From Gemmatimonadales bacterium (GTDB taxonomy: Bacteria > Gemmatimonadota > Gemmatimonadetes > Gemmatimonadales > Gemmatimonadaceae), in assembly GCA_038322445.1 (NCBI GenBank), contig JBBQFW010000001.1:1-45859 (forward strand): DNA of 45,859 bases, given 5' to 3'. Under the pieces are notes generated by a model. The model worked only from the letters and a program-made list of their open reading frames with translations, ran no database searches and had not been told where the DNA came from. This document shows, one piece after another, positions 17,468-25,573 of this stretch. The translations under genes were made by a program, and so were the position numbers. Numbering within the stretch: position 1 is the first letter of the stretch; each line of letters begins with the position of its first letter.

Positions 17468-18403
17468 CTAGTTGCTGCCGCGGCTGCTCAACCAGTGACC
17501 GAGACGGCTGGTAAGGGGCGCCGTGCGGGGCGAATCGTGCGCACGATCGGTGGCCACGGCCGGTACTGCGTAGGCCAGTGACGCGCTCGGCATCGGCAGG
17601 GGAGTGGTGTCGCGGAGCGCCGCCCACAGCGGAAGGGCGACACACTCCTTGAATGCGCGGCCCGAGCAGGTCTCGCGAGCGCTGACTTCCACGTGGTGCT
17701 GGACCTTCGCGGGATAGGCGCGACAGTCCTTGGTGTTCGACCCACTGACGCAGCCATTGTAGTTCAGCAGCGCGACGCGGGTAACGTCGCCGGCGTCGAG
17801 CGTGTCGGCCGTCCGCTTGGCGAAATGCTTCAGGATGTAGACGCCGTAGCGGAGGTTCGTCTCGTCGTCGCGGAGGTTCTTGCCGAGGATGGGGCCGAGA
17901 TTGCGCGCCCAGAGACGGGGCATGATCTGCATGAGGCCGAGCGCACCGACGTTGGACTTCGCCGTGGACTTGAAGGCATCGTTCTCGGTGAGCATCACAC
18001 CGAGGACCAGCGCGGGCGGGATGCGGCGATGGTAGGCTTCCCGAACGGCGACCTTCGCAATGGAATCCGCACGGTCGCCATCGATCCTGCCGGTTCCCTT
18101 GAGGTCGGCGGCAAAGGCCTCGACGTCCTTCTGGAACTGGGGATGCTTCATGGCCAGTGGCTCTGGAAGACTGAGCCACGGCGCGCGCATCGACGCTGAA
18201 TCCAGGTAGGCGGCAGCAAGCACGCGACCGGCAATCGGCGCCTGGCCGAGGAACACGGGATGCACCACTGATGCGGTAAATACCACGGTGCATGCCGACG
18301 CAAGAGCGACGGCCACCTGTCGAGCGATCGGTGCGATACGAATGCGAGCCTCCGGTCTGGCGGAACGACGGGCCGAGGCGGTGCGTTGCGGCGGGCGCAC
18401 CAA
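17468..18403 (-). CDS. membrane-anchored lytic transglycosylase (SLT domain)
   Basis: N-terminal TM VAVALASACTVVFTASVV. SLT motifs MLTEN (catalytic Glu), GALGLMQIMP and LLNYNG. Start codon uncertain (TTG 18403 or GTG 18400). Confidence 0.8.
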   Translation of the reverse strand: MVRPPQRTASARRSARPEARIRIAPIARQVAVALASACTVVFTASVVHPVFLGQAPIAGRVLAAAYLDSASMRAPWLSLPEPLAMKHPQFQKDVEAFAADLKGTGRIDGDRADSIAKVAVREAYHRRIPPALVLGVMLTENDAFKSTAKSNVGALGLMQIMPRLWARNLGPILGKNLRDDETNLRYGVYILKHFAKRTADTLDAGDVTRVALLNYNGCVSGSNTKDCRAYPAKVQHHVEVSARETCSGRAFKECVALPLWAALRDTTPLPMPSASLAYAVPAVATDRAHDSPRTAPLTSRLGHWLSSRGSN

Positions 18404-18495
18404 GGAAAGCGAACCTGAACCCTAGTCTCGTTCATCATCCCTGACAAGCTCGGCCGCAACCTCTGTTACATGGCGACTGAGCGCGGACGCGACGA

Positions 18496-19467
18496 TTGCG
18501 GCACTGTTCTTCCTCTAGTCACTGCTCCACCGACCTCGAACCGAACGACGTGAGCGAAGCACCAAGTCCGATACCGACCGAAGGCGCATGGACGGGCAAC
18601 ACAGCCGACCTCCCGAACTGGGATGCGATGCCGCGACGAAATCGACGTCGCCGGCGCCGTGGGTCGTACCCCATCTGGTTGAAATACCTTGGCTGGAGCA
18701 TCGGCTTGGCGGTGGTGGTGACGGCGGCACAGATCGGGGTGCACGCCGTCCGATCCGATCCCCGTGATGCCCAGGTCTACGCCGAGCGTGAATTGCGCCT
18801 CAGCGTGCTGCACCCGAACGAGCGCGTGCTCGCGCAGGTGAGCGTCTGGCAGCGGCCAGCCATCGATTACTTCCGACCGACGCGCGGGCTGTTCGTGGTG
18901 ACGGATGCGCCCGGTGATTCGGCGCACCCGATTGGCGGACGACTGATATACCTGGGCCTTCAGCCTCGAGACCCACTCAGCCCGCCGGACGCCCCGCCGA
19001 CGTTCGATGAGCGGGATTGGCCGATCGATACCGCCATCGTCGTGACGCCGACGCGCACACTCGCCTACCTGGCGCGCGCGCTGCGCGTGCAGGCGACGCG
19101 AGACAAGCTCGTGATCGGAGTGCCCTCTGGCGCATCTGTCGACGCGGACAAAGTGCTCCACGAGGTGGGCAAGAAATACAGCCTCCTGCGCGCGGAAGGT
19201 TGGCGTCGGCGGGAGGCGCGCCGGGCGAAGGATCGCGCGGCGCAGGTCGCGTCGTACCAGGGCCGCCGGGAGTGGTTCCACACGGTGCGTCGCGGTGAGG
19301 CGCTGGGATCGATCGCGAGGAACTTCAACACGACGACCGAGCAGATCCAGGCGCTCAATGGCATCGTCGGCAGCAAGATCAAGCTGGGCGAGACGCTGAA
19401 GGTGAAAGGCTGGACGACGAAGCCGGTTGCCACGCCGCCCGGCGCGGTCCCGGAGTTCAAGCCCTGA
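18496..19467 (+). CDS. membrane protein with C-terminal LysM domain
   Basis: LysM HTVRRGEALGSIARNFNTTTEQIQALNGIVGSKIKLGETLKV. Arg-rich segment then TM WLKYLGWSIGLAVVVTAA. Likely start ATG 18628. Divergent from the SLT gene. Confidence 0.7.
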   Translation: MRHCSSSSHCSTDLEPNDVSEAPSPIPTEGAWTGNTADLPNWDAMPRRNRRRRRRGSYPIWLKYLGWSIGLAVVVTAAQIGVHAVRSDPRDAQVYAERELRLSVLHPNERVLAQVSVWQRPAIDYFRPTRGLFVVTDAPGDSAHPIGGRLIYLGLQPRDPLSPPDAPPTFDERDWPIDTAIVVTPTRTLAYLARALRVQATRDKLVIGVPSGASVDADKVLHEVGKKYSLLRAEGWRRREARRAKDRAAQVASYQGRREWFHTVRRGEALGSIARNFNTTTEQIQALNGIVGSKIKLGETLKVKGWTTKPVATPPGAVPEFKP

Positions 19468-19495
19468 TCGTCGTTCGACGCAGTCGCTCCAGACG

Positions 19496-20881
19496 CTACT
19501 GAACGGAAAGCTTCGCGACCGCGTCGAGGATGACGCGCAGGACGAATGACGTGCCGGTGGTGCCGAGGGCGCTGATGCGAATGCCGGACACGGCGCCGGT
19601 GACCGACACACCCGGCGCCAGCGACCGGTTGAGCTGGGCGCTCAACTGTCCGCGGAGCGAGTCGAGTTGCGTGCCGATGTCGAGCTGGCCGTGGCCGGTC
19701 GCTTCGTCCAGCGCGCGCTTGATGCGATACGAGCCCAGCGTCGCCTTCACTCGGCTCATCGCATTGTCGCTGGCGAGCGTGTAGCGCAGGTCCGAGACGA
19801 GGAGCCGACGCGTGGCTGTGTCGAACTGCACGCGACCGAGCATATAGAGATCCCCCTGCACCGTTCCGTGCACCGCGACCTTCACCACGGCCGTGTCACC
19901 GACGCCCCAGATCCGTACATCATCGATGGAGAGGTCCGTGCCGGCGGCCTGTCCCTTCAGAAGCTGCGTGGCGCGTGCACTGACATCGGTGAACGGAAGC
20001 TCGATGTCGATGGGAAGGTGAATGCCCGAGGCGCCCACCGGCGCGAGGCCGAGCGTCGGCAACGGGCGCGGAGTCGACGCGGGGCGCGCGCCAACGGACG
20101 CGTGCGGCCTCGCGGTGATGACGAGCGCCGTGGTGAGCGCGTCGCCGCGGCCGAGTGGGCGCGCGAGAGCGATGCCCTGCGGGATCATGTTCAGCCACAC
20201 CGTGCTCGCCGAATCGAGCGCGAAGGGTTGCAGCATGGTGCGCCAGAGCGAATCGGCTGCGGGCCGCAGGTTGGCGAGCGATGGCAGCGCGCTGTCGACC
20301 TGTTGCGCGAGCTTCTTCGACTGGCCGTCGATGATGGTGCGCATCAGCGGAGTCGCATCCAGCCGGAGCATCGTCACCTGACAGGGATCGAGCAGCGTCG
20401 CACCGACGGTGGTGTTGCGTGAGCCGAGGCGCCAGTCGTTGCGCCAGTAGAGCGCGGTGCCGGCGCGAAGTTCGGCACGCTTGAGGGGTTCGGGTGCGTA
20501 GCCGCAGCTCGCCAGCCCGCCGACGCCGCTGAGTGCGACGCGACCGCGGTACTGGAGTCGGGCGAGAAGATCGACGCGGTCACCGTTCATCCGCAACTCG
20601 AGCGAGTCGCGATGATAGACGTACTGGTGACACACGGCGCCGCCCATGGCGACGCACTGTGCCTGCGTGAGCGAATCGCGCACAGGGAACTGCGCCCCGA
20701 TTGCCGTTCGCAGCTTGCCGAGCGAGATGGAGATTGGCAACACGATCGTTGCCGGTTCGACGGGCGGCAGCGTGGCCGCGGCGTTGGGCTGGACACTCGG
20801 TGCGGGAATATCCATGCGACCGCCGCAGGCGGTGGCAAGCGCCAGCACAAGGAACGACCACTGCGGGAACCGAGTGCTCAT
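19496..20881 (-). CDS. DUF4403-like lipoprotein (paralog A)
   Basis: The start ATG 20881 overlaps the FAH stop (ATGA). Lipobox LALATAC. Colinear similarity to the ORF at 34574..35995 (see findings). The family name is from memory and was not searched. Confidence 0.6.
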   Translation of the reverse strand: MSTRFPQWSFLVLALATACGGRMDIPAPSVQPNAAATLPPVEPATIVLPISISLGKLRTAIGAQFPVRDSLTQAQCVAMGGAVCHQYVYHRDSLELRMNGDRVDLLARLQYRGRVALSGVGGLASCGYAPEPLKRAELRAGTALYWRNDWRLGSRNTTVGATLLDPCQVTMLRLDATPLMRTIIDGQSKKLAQQVDSALPSLANLRPAADSLWRTMLQPFALDSASTVWLNMIPQGIALARPLGRGDALTTALVITARPHASVGARPASTPRPLPTLGLAPVGASGIHLPIDIELPFTDVSARATQLLKGQAAGTDLSIDDVRIWGVGDTAVVKVAVHGTVQGDLYMLGRVQFDTATRRLLVSDLRYTLASDNAMSRVKATLGSYRIKRALDEATGHGQLDIGTQLDSLRGQLSAQLNRSLAPGVSVTGAVSGIRISALGTTGTSFVLRVILDAVAKLSVQ

Positions 20882-22215
20882 GCGGCCGTCACCGTTCCGC
20901 GGCACTCGCCGAAGCCGATTCGTCGGTACCCCTCGCGCTCGCACCAACCGCGCATGATGACCTCGTCGCCGTCCTCGAGAAACCTCCGCTGCTCTCCGTT
21001 GGGCAGTGCGAAGGGTTCTGCCCCGCGCCATGTACGCTCCAGCATGCTGCCGCGCGACTCCTTCGACGCGCCGCTTACCGTCCCACTCGCAATGAGGTCT
21101 CCGGGTCGGAGGTTGCAGCCGTTGCTCGCGTGATGCGTAATCAGCTGAGCGACGGTCCAGTACATGTCGGTGAAGGTGCCGATGCTGACCCGCACCGGTG
21201 CGTGCCCTTCCGCGCGCATGCGGGCCGACGCGAGGAGCACCTCGAGCGAAATGTCAAAGGCGCCCCGCTGCGTGTCCGCTTCACTGCGCAGGTACGACAG
21301 CGGCGCCGGATCTCCGTCCGCGCGCGCAAATGCAGGCGCACGGAACGGCGCCAACGCATCGAGTGTCACCATCCACGGCGACACCGTCGTCGCGAAATTC
21401 TTGGCGAGGAAAGGGCCCAGCGGCTGGTACTCCCACGCCTGGATGTCGCGCGCAGACCAGTCGTTCACGAGGCACAGCCCCGCGACATGCGATTCTGCAT
21501 CGCCAATCGGAATTGGCGCGCCGAGTGCGTTGCCAGCGGCGATGAATGCGCCCACCTCGAGCTCGTAGTCGAGCCGTCGTGTGGGCACGAAGCATGGTGT
21601 CTCCGCGCCATCGTCCTTTACCTGGCCGCTCGGCCGCTGCACTGGCGAGCCACTCGGCACCAGTGACGACGCGCGTCCGTGGTAGCCGATCGGGACCCAC
21701 TTGTAGTTCGGGAGCAGCGGGTTGTCCGGACGAAACATGCTGCCGACGTTGGTCGCGTGGTAAATGCTGGCGTAGAAATCGGTGTAGTCGCCGACCTTCG
21801 CGGGCAGCAGCAGCTCGGCGTCGGACTGAGGAACGGTGATCGCGTCCATGAGCCCCTGCGCGCGACGACCAAGCTCTGAATCCGCAGCGAGGATCGCGCT
21901 GGCCTGCGTGCGCAGCGCGCGCAGGCTGTCGCGGCCCGCCGATAGCAGCGTGTTCAGCGATGCGTCCGTCTTGCATTGCTGCATGATCGCCGTGAGCTCC
22001 ACGGACAACATCCCCTGTTCCGCCGCCGCCACCAGGTTGAGGATGCGGTCGCCGATGGCAACGCCGGGGCGCGGCGACTGTTCAGGTGTGCGAAAGATGC
22101 CGAGCGGAAGATTCTGGATCGGGAAATCGGTGTGCGGATCCTGCGCCGACTCCACCCATGCCGCGAGCCCTGCGCGATGCGTGGCGTCGATGAATGCGGA
22201 AGGCTGGTCGTTCAT
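20878..22215 (-). CDS. fahA: fumarylacetoacetase
   Basis: 445 aa from MNDQPSAFIDATHRAGLAAWVESAQDPHTDFPIQNLPLGIF (typical FAH N-terminal domain) through the FAH catalytic fold. The 126-aa upstream extension in the track is Arg-rich junk. Confidence 0.85.
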   Translation of the reverse strand: MNDQPSAFIDATHRAGLAAWVESAQDPHTDFPIQNLPLGIFRTPEQSPRPGVAIGDRILNLVAAAEQGMLSVELTAIMQQCKTDASLNTLLSAGRDSLRALRTQASAILAADSELGRRAQGLMDAITVPQSDAELLLPAKVGDYTDFYASIYHATNVGSMFRPDNPLLPNYKWVPIGYHGRASSLVPSGSPVQRPSGQVKDDGAETPCFVPTRRLDYELEVGAFIAAGNALGAPIPIGDAESHVAGLCLVNDWSARDIQAWEYQPLGPFLAKNFATTVSPWMVTLDALAPFRAPAFARADGDPAPLSYLRSEADTQRGAFDISLEVLLASARMRAEGHAPVRVSIGTFTDMYWTVAQLITHHASNGCNLRPGDLIASGTVSGASKESRGSMLERTWRGAEPFALPNGEQRRFLEDGDEVIMRGWCEREGYRRIGFGECRGTVTAA

Positions 22216-23087
22216 GACGTCAGGAGCCCGAGTTGGGAGAGGTCGTCGATCGGTTCGCGAAAGGAGCAGGAGCCGAAGGTCATGGCGAGTGTCTTCCTTG
22301 TGGACTCGAGATCGTCGAGCGTGAGCGTGTGGCCACGCCACGTCACTTGAGCGTCTGCGAAGTGGAAGGCGTCCGGCGCCGACTCGACGAGCACCTGCTC
22401 GAGATGCGCTCCGCGCATGCCACGGCGCGCCAATGCGGCCGCCACGAACACATTGAGGTACCCGAACAATTCGCCGTGCGGCGCGTCGGACGCGTACGTC
22501 AGCGGATAGCGACCGCGCACCGGATGGTGCAACCCCGCGGTGGCCTTGAACGCGACCGCGTGCGCGACACAGGCTTCGATGAAGCGCGCACATGCCGACG
22601 CCGACGGAATCGCGTTTGCGACAACGCCGCCGGTACGAATCTTCGTACGAGCGCCCGCATCACGCACCGCCTGCACCAATGCCGGCAGGTCGTCTCTCAG
22701 CGGGAGCTCGACATATACCTCCGGCACGCGCGACAGGGCATCGACGGACGTTCGGATCTGTTCGATCGACGTGGCACGCACCTCCGCCGATTCGACCACG
22801 ACGTTCGTTGTGTCCTTCAGCGCGGCGATCCGCGCAGCATCGCCAGACACGTCGTCGCCGATGACCGCGGAGACGGGCCAGCGATCACCGTGCGCAGGCA
22901 CCAGGGAGAGGAGGTCGTCGAGTCGCGCCGCCGGTACAACGAGACGCCCGAGCGCCCAGCGGTCATCGGAACGGCGATACGTCGCGTAGTTCTGCACCAC
23001 ATCGCCGAGGGGCAAGCCTGCGGGCGGAAACAGTCCTGCGTAATCGATCAGTCCCGAGAGGAGCGCGCGCAGTGAGGCGGACGCCAT
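22212..23087 (-). CDS. conserved-looking uncharacterised protein (291 aa)
   Basis: Start MASASLRALLSGLIDYAGLFPPAGLPL (ATG 23087). Its stop overlaps the FAH start (ATGA). Notable segments: KIRTGG, FKATAGLHHPVRG, FGSCSFREPIDDL. I cannot name a family. Confidence 0.6.
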   Translation of the reverse strand: MASASLRALLSGLIDYAGLFPPAGLPLGDVVQNYATYRRSDDRWALGRLVVPAARLDDLLSLVPAHGDRWPVSAVIGDDVSGDAARIAALKDTTNVVVESAEVRATSIEQIRTSVDALSRVPEVYVELPLRDDLPALVQAVRDAGARTKIRTGGVVANAIPSASACARFIEACVAHAVAFKATAGLHHPVRGRYPLTYASDAPHGELFGYLNVFVAAALARRGMRGAHLEQVLVESAPDAFHFADAQVTWRGHTLTLDDLESTRKTLAMTFGSCSFREPIDDLSQLGLLTS

Positions 23088-23091
23088 TGGT

Positions 23092-23700
23092 TCACTTGGC
23101 CTTCTTCCTGGCGGCGAGGATCGTCCCGCGGCACTTCGCCGCGCGGCATCGGCATGCGTAGAGCTTCTCGTCTTCCTCGGTGTGCTCGTCGGTGCGCTCG
23201 TACTGGTAGTCGTACAGCAGCTCATCGCCCTGCTTGATGTTGCGCCGGGCCTCGATGAAGATGCGCTTGCGATCATCGATCGCTTCGCAGTTGCCGTCGC
23301 ACGAGTGGTTGAGGAAGCGCGCCGCGTTGCCCTGCACCGCGCCGTCGATGACCACCTTCTCGTCAACGGTGAAGAGGAACGTGTGGTGGCGTCCCATCTT
23401 GTCGTCGTTGTAGCGCTTGTCGGCGGTGCGCCAGGAGATGCGCTGCCCGAGGTACTCGATGATGCGCGTGCCCTTCTTGATGTCGCGCGCCGCGAACGCG
23501 CCGGTGCCCTGGATCCTCGACGTGCGGAGTTCGAGATAGGGGTTCGGCTCTTCCTTCCACGGATAGCGTGCGAGGACGCCGCGTTTCGCCTTCGATACGC
23601 CCTTCGTCGCCGCCTTCGTGTTCACGCCTGACTTCGCCTTCACGCCCGACTTCGATTTCGCAGCCGACTTCCGCTTTGCCGCTGGCTTCTTCGCGGCCAT
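23092..23700 (-). CDS. SET-domain protein-lysine methyltransferase with Lys/Ala-rich N-terminal tail
   Basis: 202 aa. SET motifs RIQGTGAFAARDIKKGTRIIEY, ARFLNHSCDGNCE and GDELLYDY, with post-SET CRCRAAKCRG. The first ~42 aa are AKKPAAKRKSAAKSKSGVKAKSG... Confidence 0.85.
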   Translation of the reverse strand: MAAKKPAAKRKSAAKSKSGVKAKSGVNTKAATKGVSKAKRGVLARYPWKEEPNPYLELRTSRIQGTGAFAARDIKKGTRIIEYLGQRISWRTADKRYNDDKMGRHHTFLFTVDEKVVIDGAVQGNAARFLNHSCDGNCEAIDDRKRIFIEARRNIKQGDELLYDYQYERTDEHTEEDEKLYACRCRAAKCRGTILAARKKAK

Positions 23701-24176
23701 CAGGCGAGGCCCTGTCGGGTCCGGGCGTACGCGTCGGCGGCATGACGCAGGGCCAGCAACGCCGATGCCTCGAGCTCATACTCCATCTGCATACTGGCCA
23801 GCCGCTCGGCGTTACGCTTGTTCGCGAAGCCCTTTGCCATGTCGTCACAGGACGCGTGTCTTCGTGCAAATTCCCGGCTTGCATGCCAGAGCGTGTTGGC
23901 CTTGTGCCACCACTGCTCGTCGCGATCGGGATGCACGTCGGCCGCCGCTTGCGTGTACTCGTTGGACAGCTCGGCGAGGGATCCGTCGCACATGGCGCAG
24001 AGCGCATCGAGATGGCGGTGCTCGAGCTCCGGCTCTTCATCCCCGGAGATCTTCGCGGCGCGATCATGCTGGCGGCAGCATTCTATGGCTCCGCGATACA
24101 GCGCGTCGGCGCGAGCGCGTACGGCGAGCATCGGATCCTTGGGGGGAGCGGACGACTGGCGGGAAGCGTTGGACAT
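23700..24176 (-). CDS. hypothetical helical Cys/His-rich protein (158 aa)
   Basis: Good GC3 codon bias in this frame. Its stop shares one nt with the SET start. Contains CC, CxxC and eight His. No family recognised. Confidence 0.55.
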   Translation of the reverse strand: MSNASRQSSAPPKDPMLAVRARADALYRGAIECCRQHDRAAKISGDEEPELEHRHLDALCAMCDGSLAELSNEYTQAAADVHPDRDEQWWHKANTLWHASREFARRHASCDDMAKGFANKRNAERLASMQMEYELEASALLALRHAADAYARTRQGLA

Positions 24177-24411
24177 TTACCGGGCAATCAGAGTGCGTTC
24201 GCCGAGCGGTCGCCCGGGCACCTCGAAAGATGTCCGTGGACGCGGGCTTCTCCAAGTGCCCTGGAGGTAGCGAAACCCGGGCCGGCGAAGTGACGCGTGG
24301 CGACGATGCATTGCATTCTGCAGAGGACGAGGGTGGCGATGGGAAGGTGGACGTCGCCTTCGCACGCGAGGTGCCGGGCGCACGGCGAGGCGCAGCGACG
24401 TTCGACGCCCC

Positions 24412-25524
24412 CTACATCGCTTGTTGTCCGCGCCCTCGCGCCGACACCGGCCAGCTCGTCTCGAGGATGCCGCGACGCATGCCGTAGACGATGTCGCTCA
24501 GGTGAACGACGATGCAGACATGATTGGGAACGACTCGCACTACCTCGCCCACCTGGGGGCGCCAGCTGGAGCGCGAGATATCCAGCACGCCGTGCTCCTC
24601 GGACATTCGTTCGACGATGACTTCAGGATGCTCGAGGAGCTGCCCAAAGCCCTCACCGTCGATGCCGCGCGCCGGTTCGCGGCCCAGTGACTTCGTTCCC
24701 GCGTCGATGACCGCCTGTCCTGGTACCGACGTGGAGATCACGGTGGCGAGCACCGTGAGCGCACAGTCGTCCCACCCGCACGCGCCGATGACGGCGGTCG
24801 TGCGATCATTGTAGACGTAGGTGCCGGGACGCATTTCAGTGACGTCGGGAATCTCGTGCGTCCGCCAGAGCGTGGGCGTCGATCCGCCGCTGACGGTGCG
24901 CGGTGACAGCCCCTCGCGTTCGAACTGACGCACCGCGGACGTCAGCGCCGCGCCGAGTATCGCGAGCTTCTCGTCCTGGTCATTCACTGGCTCGCGGACG
25001 TGACCGGGATAAAAGGCGATTCCCGCGAAGTCGAGACCTGGGTCATCGCGCACGCGCCGCGCTAGTGTGATGGCGTCCGCCACGCCGGGCACGCCGACGC
25101 GATGCATGCCGAGGTCGAGTTCGACGTACACGCCCACCGTCCGTCCCGCTGATGCCGCGGCTCGACTGATTGCATCGATGGCGACCGGGGAATCCAATGC
25201 GACAGTGAGATTCACGCTCTCCGGTAGGGCCGCGAGCTGCGCTGCGCGCCTGGCCCCGACGGGCGGATAGGCCACGAGAATGTCGTCGGTCACGACGGAC
25301 ATGACGTGCGCCTCGAAAGGCGTCGCACAGGTGAGGCCCACAGCACCCAACGCGACCTGCCGTGCCGCGACGACCGGAGACTTGTGGGTCTTCACGTGCG
25401 GGCGCAACGCAAGCCCGTGCGCGGCGGCGTACGCGGCGGCGCGCGCAAGGTTGCGCTCCATGATGTCGAGATCGACGAGGAGCGCGGGCGTTTCGATGTC
25501 AGCGATGTTCATGGTCACGAGCAA
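24412..25524 (-). CDS. D-TA family PLP-dependent enzyme (alanine-racemase-fold; D-threonine aldolase / D-serine dehydratase-like)
   Basis: 370 aa. N-terminal TPALLVDLDIMERNL...RPHVKTHKSP (PLP lysine context) and a C-terminal beta domain typical of this family. Confidence 0.75.
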   Translation of the reverse strand: MLVTMNIADIETPALLVDLDIMERNLARAAAYAAAHGLALRPHVKTHKSPVVAARQVALGAVGLTCATPFEAHVMSVVTDDILVAYPPVGARRAAQLAALPESVNLTVALDSPVAIDAISRAAASAGRTVGVYVELDLGMHRVGVPGVADAITLARRVRDDPGLDFAGIAFYPGHVREPVNDQDEKLAILGAALTSAVRQFEREGLSPRTVSGGSTPTLWRTHEIPDVTEMRPGTYVYNDRTTAVIGACGWDDCALTVLATVISTSVPGQAVIDAGTKSLGREPARGIDGEGFGQLLEHPEVIVERMSEEHGVLDISRSSWRPQVGEVVRVVPNHVCIVVHLSDIVYGMRRGILETSWPVSARGRGQQAM

Positions 25525-25573
25525 AGCTCCGCGCTCGCGTCATCGCGAGCAAATTCGCGACGGCAGCCGCATC

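Noticed and set aside
22216-22593. 126-aa upstream extension of the fumarylacetoacetase ORF, and similar extensions of the 291-aa, dut, PAP2 and DUF4403 ORFs
   Set aside because: The extensions are Arg-rich and overlap the upstream genes. Internal ATGs give canonical N-termini and ATGA-type coupling with the preceding stop.
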